Below, one piece after another: positions 20,782 to 30,969 of a DNA stretch of 53,260 nt; within the stretch, counting starts at the first letter, position 1, and every line of letters begins with the position of its first letter. The stretch lies in NCBI GenBank assembly GCA_943704415.1, contig CALSCO010000183.1, forward strand, positions 1-53,260, in the 5' to 3' direction. The notes under the pieces are model-generated. The model saw only the letters and a list, made by a program, of their open reading frames with translations, had not been told where the DNA came from and made no database searches. The translations under genes were made by a program, and so were the position numbers. This DNA comes from Parvularia atlantis (lineage: Eukaryota).

Positions 20782-21837
20782 CGCGTGAGGTCAACGGGCG
20801 GGGGGGGGGATGTCGGGCGCGCGGGGACGGCGGCACAGGCGGCGGCACAGGTGGTGCGGTGCGCACGCCGCGTCCGCGTGTCAAACTGCCGAAGCGGGGG
20901 TGTCATGGTGCGCTTGTTCGGCCTCAGGCTGCCGGACCTGCCTGTGGTGCCGCTGCGGTGCAGTGCTGCTGGCCGGGTGCATCCTTGCACGACACGCGAC
21001 TGCGACGGCGATGGCGAGCTCGGACGTCTGTGGGGTGAATGCCCGACTGAATTGAATGTCTCAGTTGCGCTCAGGCTTTCCAAGCCAAGTTCAGTTCGGT
21101 TTGGTCTCAAAAGTTGCGCTTGAAGTCGGTGCACGCCCGTCCAGTGCACGACCCACCGCCGTCGTTCCCTGTCTGGCCGAAGAGACGCGATGTCGTCACG
21201 CAGCCTGGTGCTGCCACCACTCCCTGCCCCGCCGCCTGAGAGCGCAGTTTTGAGTTACCTTTGAGTTCTGCCCAGCCCAGAGCGTGGCAGCGCACCCTCA
21301 CCACCCGCCCGCATCTGCGCCGTCTGCCCGCACACGCACGCACACACGCACGCGCAAGGCGGGGCATTGGCGCCGCGCGGTCGGCAAGGTCCGATCACAT
21401 GCACGTCATTTCCACCGGGCATCCCTGACAAGCCCGCGCCCGGGTCCACCGCTGTATCCTCTCTCGCGCGGGCGCGCCCCGAGACGCGGAAGGCCGCGTT
21501 GCGGCCGCGGATGGCGCGGCGGGTAGGTGGATGGCGCGGGAGGGGCCGTGGATGGCACTGCACCAGGGGGCGCGACACAGCTCGCAACCTGTGACGCCGC
21601 CTGTGCTGAATTTCGCCACGCCCAAAGGCGCGCCGCCTGGTCCCGGCTCTCGGACCCCGCGCACGCTCCCGCTCGACCCCCTCTACAGCCGTCGTCCGAC
21701 CGCCACCCACACGACCAAGGGTGCGCGCCAGGCTTCAGTCGACGCCTCGAGCGCCGCCACTGAGCCGCCGCCGCCGCCGCCACTCGCACAGGTCCACCGC
21801 GTACCGAGGGAGCCCGCAACCCGCCACGCCGGACGCC

Positions 21838-24800
21838 ATGGCGCAGCAGCAGCGCCCGGTGCGCCCGCTCGCCACCACCACCTGTCGCCGGCTGACGCGC
21901 GCGCACGGCGTGCAGTACAACCCGGCGAGCCAGAACAAGTATGTCAACGCGGGCCAGCCGGGCGGCAGCCTCAATCAACCAGCCTTGTCAATGCAGTACC
22001 AGCCGGTGCGCGCTCGCAGCCCAGGTTCGCGCACGGCTGATCGATCCGGTGGCCGCTCAGGTGCCGTTCATGCCCGTGCCCATCCCCGGCTTGCACATGC
22101 CGATATACGCGGAAGCGCCATATGACGTGCGTACACGCCCGCCCTGCCCTCCTGCTCGCTGCTCTGGCCCGGCCGGTTGCCATACATGATGACTGTTTAA
22201 CACCAGACTTGCATGAGCCGCCGTCGGCACGACCCCTCCGCGCGCTCGCCCCTTGGGGCAGCTCGGACAGGAGGGGCGCCGACGGCTGATGATTTCAAAT
22301 CTCTTGCCCTCTCTGACCCTCGCGCCGGCCGGCCGCCTCTGCTCTCCTCTTTCTCGCTCGCCCGCTTTCACCGTGCCCATGCGATTGCTGAGCACACACC
22401 CCTACGCGCAGCCCAGCGCACCTTTGTTCATGGCAGGCCCCGGTGCGTGCTCGCGCGTTGGGTGCGCGTGCCGTGGCTGACCACTCGCCCGACAGGTGTA
22501 CCTCCGCCCACGTTCTACCCGGTGCGAGCATGCGGCCGGGTCGCTGGCTGCGTTTTGACCTGTGCGCCGTTCCACAGCAGCCGCCATCACCGCAGCAGAA
22601 TACGCCGCCGAGGCAACCGGTGCGTGCCCGCTGCGTGTTTGCAACGTGCGCGTGTGTGCTGAAACGGCCGTGCTGCGCGCCCGCAGAGCTCCGCCGCAGC
22701 GTGCGTAGCGAGCGCTTCCCTTGCTGGTGAGATGAGCTCTGAGCGCGTCGCACGGCAGGGCATCCGTTACACCGCCGACGCGCACGCGCAAGATCTTCGA
22801 GATCAAGAACCCGTTCACCAAGGAGGTCATTAACAAGGTACGCGGCTGCCTCGGCCTCGCAACTTGGCCGCTGACGCATGGCGCACAGGACGCCATTCAG
22901 TCTGCGAGCGCCAGCGGGACAGCGGCAGCACCGGCTGCGCCTGACGCGGGCGCTGCAGCACCTCCTGTAGCCACCGCAGCCAAGGCCGAGCCCGTCAAGG
23001 CTGAGCTCGCTCCTCAACCCGTCAAGGCTGAGCCCGTGCCCCAGCCCGTCAAGGCTGAGCCCGTGCCCCAGCCCGTCAAGGCTGAGCCCGTGCCCCAGCC
23101 CGTCAAGGCCGAGCCGGCTCCTCAACCCGTCAAGGCTGAGCCCGTGCCCCAGCCCGTCAAGGTCGAGCCGCTGCAGGTGGGGTCTGTCGTGATCGAGAGC
23201 ATCAAGCTCGAACCTCCGTCGGACGAGCTCGCACCGGCCGACGTTGTGCAGGACGGCGAGCAGACGCCCGAGGAGCAGGAGCCGGACACTGGCGCGGCCG
23301 CCGCGGCCAAGGAGAACACCGGCACCCAGGCCGAGCCCAACAAGCCGGTGCGACAGCGTGAGTGCGGTCGCAGCCGCAGAACTGACGCGCGCGCGTGCGC
23401 ACGCATAGGCGGCGGCGGCGAGCGCACCGGTGAACGGCGGCAGCGCCAAACTGTCGCCCGAGTACGCACCTGTCGTTCTGCGCAGTGCCCGTGTTAAACA
23501 AGCTGACTTTGGACGCGCGTGCGCGCAGCCGACTGTTCATCAAGCTGACCGAGCGCAAGGACTACAGCACGCCCCCGAAGGACTTTGATCCGCCCGTGGA
23601 CATCCAGCGGGACGAGTACAAGACGCGCAAGGCCGCTGTGGTGCGTTCTGTGCACTTGCGAGACCAGTGGCTGACTTGTGATGAGCACAGGGCGGCTTCC
23701 GTGTGATCCAAGACGTGCGGCAGATCCCTGTCCCTGCGCTGCCAAACCAGCCTCACCGGTGCGGTCCTTACCGGCTGCACAGTGCGTGCGCATGCTCAAG
23801 GGATGACGTGCCGGGCGTAGGACAACCAGCTCGTCCGACAACCGCCGCGGCATGGGCTCGCGTACCAACTCACAGGCCGACACCCGTGCGCGCGGCGGGC
23901 CGGGGCCGGGGTGCGGACGCGTGACTCATGCGCCCGCCTCCAGGCTCGCGGCAGCAGCAGGACAGCAAGGGCGGCGTTAAGATGGCCCGCACGAGCAGCG
24001 GGCGCAACCAGCCCCAGGTGCGTCGGCTGCTGGAGCACCGGGAGCCGCCACTCACGGCCGCGCACAGAACCAACAGCAGTTCACCATCCCGCTCAACCAG
24101 ATCAAGCCGCTCGAGGTCACTGACAAGCGCTGGACGCTGCTGCCGAGTGCGTGCGGGCCGGCATGCATCACCCTGCCGCGTGCCGACACGCCAGCCGCCC
24201 GTGCACAGAAATTGTCAACCCCGCCGACGAGAGCGAGCGCGAGCAGCTCATCTTCCGCAAGATGCGCGCGCTGCTCAACAAGGTCACGGCCGAGAACTAC
24301 GAGCGGCTGCTGGCCGACGTGCGCCGCTGCACGCGTGCACGGCCGCCACAGGCGATTGCTCAGGCGTGCGCGGCGCGCACAGGTCGACGCCTTCCAGCTC
24401 GACACGAAGACGATCATGATTGGCGTGATCAAGGTTATCTTCGACAAGGCCCTAGACGAGCCCAAGTTTGGGCCGTTCTACGCGCGCATCGCACAGCACA
24501 TCCAGGAGCACTTCAAAGTCAGCTTCCCGGAGGTGCGCGCCGCCGAGATGCTGCGGAACGCACAAGGCCGGCGGACGCTGAGCAGGAGACGCAGGAGGGT
24601 GTGAACGACAAGGGCGAGAAGACGATCGTGCAGGTCGACTTCCGCCGCCTGCTCGTCAACAGGTGTCAGCTACTCTTCGAGAGTAAGGAAAACTTCCTGC
24701 CGAAGCCTGTGCGTGCGGCCGTCGCTTGCCTGGGCGGCCGTTTTTGGGGCTCACGCGCGTGCCGACAGCTCACGGCCGAGGAGCGCGCGAGCAAAACGCC

Positions 24801-27725
24801 AGCAGACCTTGACGAGTACGAGTACCAGCGGATGAAGGGCAAGCGACACATGCTCGGCAACATCACGTTCATCGGCGAGCTGTACAAGCTGGCGATGATC
24901 AACATGAGGATCATGCTGGCCTGGTGCGCTGCGGGCAGCGACGTGCACGCCACTGGGCCTGACGCCGCGGGTGGCGCGGCAGCATCAACGAGCTGCTCGA
25001 GGACGCGCTCATGCCGGAGGAGAGCGACATCGAGTGCCTGTGCAACCTGCTCAAGACGATCGGCAAGGACCTGGACAAGCGGCCGGAGGTGCAGCAGCAG
25101 TTGGACCGGTACTTTGACCGGATGCAACGCATGTCGCTCCTGCCCAACATTAACTCGCGGACAAAGTGCGCTGTCGTGTGCCGGCGCGCGCTGCCCGCGG
25201 CTTCGCTCAGCCCCATCGGCCGCGCGCACAGGTTCATGCTCGTCGACATTGTCCAGCTGCGCAAGGACAAGTGGATCCCGCGCCGCGCTGAGGCCAAGAT
25301 TCAGAAGATTGACGACGTGCGCGTGGAGGCCGAGGCCGAGCGCAACCGCGCCAGCCAGAGTGGCGGGCGCAACGACCGCACGTCGGACCGGCGCTCAAGC
25401 GGCCGTGCGCAGGGTGCGGCGCGGCGGGGCAGCGCCTGCGGCCGGCGCTGACAGCACGCGCGCGTTCAGGCATGCCGACCATCCGCGACCAGCGGCACCA
25501 GGACTTTTCCAAGCTCGCCACGGCAAGTCACGACCGCGACGGTGCGCCCATCTTGGCCGTGTCGAGCACGTGCTGACCCTCTTTCTTTCGCGCAGCGCCG
25601 ACCGTCACCAAGCTGGCGCCGAGCAAGTTTGTGCGCGTCAACCCGAAGGCGCAGGCCCCGCAGCCCGCGCCGACGACGGTGCATGCCAACAAGTTTGCGT
25701 GCGTTACGGAGGGCCATGGGGCGTGCTGGATGCCGCGGTCTAACCGCCCTTGTCGCGCAGCATGCTGCTCGACCAGGAGGGCGAGGCCAAGGGCGACGAG
25801 GACGAGGAGGACGACGAGACCGCGCAGCCTGCTGCCGCGAGCGCGTCGGCGGTGCGGCGGGTTTGTGCTGCGGCAGAGCGGGGAGCTGACACAGCGCGCG
25901 CGCAGACGGCCAAGTCTGCCGCGAAGGCCAAGCCGACGACCGAGGCCGACGTCAAGGTCGAGTACAAGAAGGTGGCTGATGAGTTTATGAACTCGCTCGA
26001 CAAGGAGGTGCGCGCTCTCGGTGCGCCTCGGGTCCGGAGCTGACGCAGGCGCGCACGCAGAACACGCTCGAGACGCTCAAGGAGCTGGACAGGCCCGAGC
26101 AGGGGCCGCGCGTCATGCGCCTGTTCTACGAGACCGCGTTCAAGGCGAAGGACACGCATGTGCGGCCGTGGCGACGCGTGTGCTGCTGGCGATCGATTGC
26201 TCACGCGTGTGCGCAGGTGATCGAGCAGGTGGCGAGCCTTGTCGGGTATCTCATGGACAAGCACATCATCAGCCGGAAGGACTTTATCAGCGTGTGCGTA
26301 CGCGCGGCCTGCTGCCGCCGCCGCTGCTGGCCCCCACTCCGCCGCTCTGCTGCCGCTGGTGCCACCGCTGCGACGATGAGACCAATTAATCATTTCATAA
26401 CTTTCGTTCTTCTGACCCGCGGGCGCTCGCCGCGCCGCCTGGAGAGACGACATATTGGCCTGAGCACCCCTCCGCCGACGCTCTCCGCTCGTCCGCCTGC
26501 GCGCCCGTCTACGCTCTCGGCGGCTGAATGTGTCTCGCTCGCCCGCAGGCTCAGCGACGAAGAGCTTGCGCTGGACGACATTGAGGAGGAGTACAAGAAG
26601 GCGCCCGTGGCCGTCGGCGAGCTTATCCGCGCGGCCGTGACGGACGGCGGCGAGTCGCTGGCGTTGGTGTGCTCCCGCTGGCAGTGCGGCGACGTCGTGT
26701 GCTGACTACCGCGGCCAGCTGACCAACCTCGAGGCGCTGACGTCGTCCAAGTGGGTGGACAAGGCCGTCGCGGTGGCGCTGTCGTCGCTGGTGGGGCCTG
26801 CGGTGCGCTCGTTTGTGCGTTGGTCGACTCTTCGCGATGCTGAATGTGCCGCGTGCAGGACGCACCGGAGCGCGCTGACAAGGAGATGAACGTGCTGGAG
26901 CAGCTCAAGGGCGCGGAGCTCGACCTGTTTGAGTACGTCAAGGACGGCCAGAGCATCAGCAGCAAGCGCGACAAGTACGTCTCGTGGCTGCTGGCGAACG
27001 AGGTTAGCGCGCGAGGGCACACAGAGACGTACCACCTGACGCGCGCCCCGTGTGACTGCAGCTCGCGTTTCTCGACGCCGAGGCGACCAAGCTGGAGGCT
27101 TTCAGGACAGCACTGCGCGCCAAGCTGGCAGACGGCGCGGCGGCGGACGACATTGCGGCGTGGCTGGAGGTGCACGCGCGCGGCGATCCGCTGCGTGGTG
27201 GTGCTGACTTTCCGTGCAGGCGCCCGAGCAGCAGCCGCGGCAGAGCGCGCCGCAGTTTGCGGGCCTGCTCACGCTGGCCGTGCTGGAGCACGCGACAGTT
27301 GAGTCGCTCGGGCCCAACGTCAGCCGGTCGGAGGTGTGCGGGGATGTGCATCGACAGGCAGCGCATGGACTGACGCGTTCTGCAGCCGCTCGCGGACAGC
27401 CTGCGCGAGCAGGAGGAGGAGCTGCTGGGCAAGTACGAGCCCGTGCTGAAGCGCTACGTGGCGGAGCCGGATGCGCGGCGCATCCAGGCACTGCTGGCGA
27501 TCCAGGCCTTCTGCGTCACCGAGTCGTTCGCGCAGGGTGCGCCGCGGCTGCTCCGCTGGGGCTTGGCGGGTCGTATTTCACGCGCCCGGCCCGACAGACC
27601 TCCCGCTGCGTCTGCTCAGGTGGTTTGTCGACAAGGGCATCGTCGGGCGCGAGCAGGTCCAGGCGTGGAAGCCCGACGTCGGCGACATGCGACGCAAGAC
27701 GCAGGAGTTTCTGAAGACTCTGTGA
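21838..27725 (+). CDS. EIF4G: Translation initiation factor eIF4G (MIF4G + MA3 + W2-type C-terminus)
   Basis: [102 protein letters not shown]3-like [13 protein letters not shown]2-like [10 protein letters not shown]...[20 protein letters not shown]. The start is inferred from gacgccATGg downstream of a likely 5'UTR intron at 21721-21791. Confidence 0.9.
22186..22316 (+). ncRNA. Intronic box C/D snoRNA; D-box guide predicted to methylate 18S G552 in yeast numbering (human Gm601, SNORD103-type site)
   Basis: Lies in an unusually long eIF4G intron (~22127-22411). C box ATGATGA 22186-22192; guide CACCAGACTTGC 22201-22212 + D' ATGA; C' TGATGA 22287-22292; guide CTTGCCCTCT 22303-22312 + D CTGA 22313-22316; flanking GC stem. 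Both guides complement the conserved 18S segment GGAGGGCAAGUCUGGUG. Confidence 0.85.
22991..23170 (+). repeat. Coding 27-nt tandem repeat, (PVKAEP[VA]PQ)n, in the eIF4G N-terminal region
   Basis: Unit cccgtcaaggctgagcccgtgccccag and variants, about 6.5 copies. Confidence 0.9.
26373..26463 (+). ncRNA. Intronic box C/D snoRNA, U59/snR54-type (18S Am974 yeast / Am1031 human site)
   Basis: AT-rich island in a ~255-nt eIF4G intron. C box ACGATGA 26373-26379; guide TAACTTTCGTTCTT 26398-26411 (complement of 18S AAGAACGAAAGUUA) + D' CTGA 26412-26415; D CTGA 26460-26463; terminal stem GGTGC 26358-26362 / GCACC 26464-26468. Confidence 0.88.
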
Positions 27726-27742
27726 GGGGCGCCCCCCGCTTG

Positions 27743-27748
27743 TGTACA
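27743..27748. terminator. Candidate bidirectional 3'-end processing element TGTACA (representative copy)
   Basis: Sits in the 41-bp gap between two convergent stops. The same hexamer recurs in convergent gaps at 3352, 33330, 35559 and 48367. Confidence 0.5.
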
Positions 27749-27766
27749 GGTGCAGCATGCACTGCT

Positions 27767-30287
27767 TCACTGGGCCGTCGTGAGGCGCGCGGCGACGGCT
27801 GCCAGCTTGTCGCGTACGGCGGCGCTGGCGGTTACGGCCAGCGTGTTGAGCGCCTCGCGTGCTTTGGCGCGCTGCGTGGCGTCTAGCGCGTGCGCCGCTG
27901 CGTTGTCGGCGAGGAGTGCGAGGGCGAGCTCGGCCGCGGCCAGCTGCGTCGGCTCCTTGTCGTCCTTGATGCGGCCGGGCCAGTGCTCCACGACGGCTCG
28001 AAGCGCGGCTGCGCGGTGGGCACCTGGCAAGCGCCTGAGCGGCGACTGCGCGCAAGCCGCTGCGACGCACCGTCCGCAGCGGGGAGGGCGAGCGCAAAGG
28101 CCTCGTACGCCTCGGCGCGGAGGATCGCGTGCTCTGACTTGAGCAGCTCCGTGAGCAGCGCCACGCCGTCGCCCGCGAGCACGTCGGCGAGCAGCGCGGC
28201 TGTGTGCGCCGGCGGGCGGTGAGCGCACGCGCGACCGTCGTGCGTGGGCGCGCGTGCAGATGTGCGAACCGTCCTTGAGGCGCACGATGCTCACGACGAC
28301 GCGCGCAGTCTCACAGCGCATGCCGTCGTGCGACGTGCTGTCAAACACGGCCTTCATCTTGGCCAGCCCGCCCGCGGCGACGAGACGGCGGGCGTTGTCC
28401 ACTGTGCGAACGAGGCGCGTGTGAGCACGCGTGTGCCCCTCACGCCCGCTTGCACACGGTGCTGGCTCGCCAGGTTCTTGAGCACGATCGTGGCCGTGTA
28501 CTTGGCCGCGCTGTTGTCGCCCTCGAGCACGCGCACGAGCTTCTCGACCACGTCCTTGTCGCCCAGCGCCGTCTTGCCCTCGGCTTGCGCGGGCGGGTCA
28601 GGCGCAGAGGAAAGACGCACACAGCGCGCGAACCGAAGATGCACAAGTTGCGGAACGCGTTCACCGAGCAGTTCTGTTCCTTGAGCTCGCTGGACAGGGT
28701 CATCTCCGCCAGGTGCTCGACGAGGCCGCTGCGGATCACCTGGAGGCAGTGCGCGTCTGTGCGAGCGTGAGTGCGCGAAGTTGTAACAGCCACGCCGGCA
28801 TGCCTGTGCGCGCGACGTTGGTAATGCACAGCGCGGCGTAGGCGCGGATCTCGGCGTCGCTGTTTGCGAGCCAGCGCGCAAACACGGGCAGCTTGTTGTC
28901 GTCAAAGACACTATTCATGTTCTTGTCTGCGTGCGGGCGGCGTTTGGCCCCGAGCGGCACAAAGTCGGATGGCGGGAGCGCACCGTCGGCGAGGGCAATG
29001 CCGATCGTCTTGGCGGCCGCGCGCTTCATCGGCACCGTCGCGGACGAGTCAACGAGGTCAAACAGGAAGTCGACCAGGCCATGCTCATAGAGCGCGCGGC
29101 GCAGTTTCTCTGCCGCGCGTGCGACCAGATTGAGTGGGCGCTGCTGCGCGCGGTGCGCGCGCACCGATCTCGGCCAGCAGCGTAAGCGACGTGATCGCGG
29201 TCTCGGCGACGTGCGTGTCGTCGCAGCGGCACAGCGCCACGACGTCCTCAAGACCCCTGTTATCGAGGAACTCACCGATTCCGCGGTCTGCCAAACAACG
29301 CGCTCAGCTTGGCGGCGCACGCAGTCTCGCGGGCGCACCCGAGTCGAAGAAGCTGTAGAGCAGGTTCGAAACGGCCTTAAGCACGTTCAGGTCGCGCGAC
29401 TGGCGGATGCGCTCGAGGCACTTGACGACGAGGTGCGCGTCGAGCGCCTCGTCGCGGATCTTTTCTGCACAACCCGCGTTGCATCGCGTCAGCTGCGCGC
29501 TCACGCTGGCCCGCACACACACCGTTCTCGGTGAGCACGACGTTGAACGTCGAGTTGGCGGCCGCGCGCACGACGTCGGCGCTCGGGTGCGCGAGTAGGT
29601 CGAGCATCGGCCCGAGGAGCTTGGCGGCGAAGACGATGCGCGACCGGTTTGGCTCTGTGTGCGTGTCAGTGGGCAGCGCTGGCGAGGCGCACGCGCTGAC
29701 CGTTGTCAAACACAAAGTTGCCGATGCAGCGCAGCGCGTTGATCTTGGTGCCCTCGTGCGCGCACGCGAGCAGCTTGGCCAGCGCCTCGTGCACGCCGCT
29801 CTCGCCGGCGGCCGTGCGCGCACCCTCTGCGTCCGTGAGCAGGCGCCGCGCGCTCGCCGCCCGGGTGCGGCGCACCGTCCTTGAGCAGCTCGGCGAGCAC
29901 GTCTGCGAGGGCCTCGGTCGCGCCGTCGTCGTTGCGCACAAGCGCGACGGTCAGCAGCGGCGCCCACTCGGCCAGGAAGCCGTGCTCAAGCATGTAGCGG
30001 CGCGAGGCGGCTGGCGCCGCGTCAGCCCGCTTCGCGCCCGCAGACGGCGCGCGCGTGCGCGTGCGAACCGCGTGTGACGCGCAGGCCGCGCAAGACGTCG
30101 ATCTTGTCGGCGGGCACTGCTGCAACGGCCAGGCGCGCCATCGCCTGCACGACGACGTCCTCGGCTGCGTGCGCGTGTGCGCACTCGTCACGCGGCGCCC
30201 CGCACGGCAGCCACGGGCGCACGTACGCGCGGCCGGCTCCTGCGGCACTTCCGTGACAGTCACCGCATCCGGCTCTGACGGTGCCAT
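27767..30287 (-). CDS. RAP1GDS1: SmgGDS/RAP1GDS1 (darlin)-like armadillo-repeat protein
   Basis: ARM repeats with family-like motifs ALRCIGNFVFDN, ALCITNVARTDAHCLQV, NAFRNLCI, DGMRCETARVVVSIVR and LLKSEHAILRAEAYEAFALA. Confidence 0.75.
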
Positions 30288-30340
30288 GTTCGAGCCGACG
30301 TTCGACCAAGTAGGTACAGCCTGCACGGCCAACAGAAGGC

Positions 30341-30410
30341 GATAGAACATTCGCGCGATCGATCACTGGATCGGCCGATCTCACCTGCGTGACGGCGATC
30401 CGCGCGCATC
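30341..30410. promoter_or_regulatory. GATC cluster in the promoter shared by SmgGDS and the PAS-GATA gene
   Basis: GATC at 30357, 30361, 30369, 30377 and 30397; GATA at 30341; another GATC at 30485. Confidence 0.35.
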
Positions 30411-30600
30411 TCGAGTCATTGCGGGCCGCGCGGGGGAGTTGCTGCGGGGCGGCGCGGGCGCGGCAGTTTCACGCGTCGCGGTGCGATCTGCGGGCGGTCG
30501 ACGCATGCGCACGGGCCGGTGGCGCTCGGGTGCAAGGCCGCGTGACCGTGCGCTGCTCAGTAACGTTGCCCGGAGACGGCTGTCCAACGCCCTCGCCCTA

Positions 30601-30620
30601 TCTCTCTCTCTCTCTCTCTC
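30601..30620. repeat. (TC)n microsatellite in a divergent promoter region
   Basis: tctctctctctctctctctc; a long C run also occurs at ~30818-30837. Confidence 0.85.
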
Positions 30621-30969
30621 GCTGTCGCCGCCCGCGCGCCCTCTCGCCGCTCGCGTGCCACGCGCGCCCTCTCGCGCCGCTTCCCCTCCTGCGCCTGGCC
30701 GCGCCAGTGCCTCGCGCCCGGCAGTGTGCGCCGTGTGGGCGTTTTTCGCCTCCGCCCGCCCGCGCAGTGTGAGCGCTCGTCTTTCTGCCCTCTTGCTCGG
30801 TGCCGCTCGGTCGGCGTCCCCCCCCCCCCCCCCCCCCGGCCCATTCTCCACGCGCGCGCGCTCGCCTCTCGCCCCTCGTCTCGCGCCACGCCTCTCGAGC
30901 GCCCGCACGGCTCGCTCACTCATTTCGTGGACAGGCCGATAGACGAGCAGAGAAAACACACACCTCCCG

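Noticed and set aside
21040..21280. AT-richer stretch between ArfGAP and eIF4G as a possible ncRNA gene
   Set aside because: No tRNA cloverleaf, snoRNA boxes or snRNA motif recognised; it is more simply divergent promoter sequence.
25522..25527. GCAAGT as a further GC donor in eIF4G
   Set aside because: The GT donor at ~25542 gives a continuous frame ([14 protein letters not shown]), so the GC site is not required.
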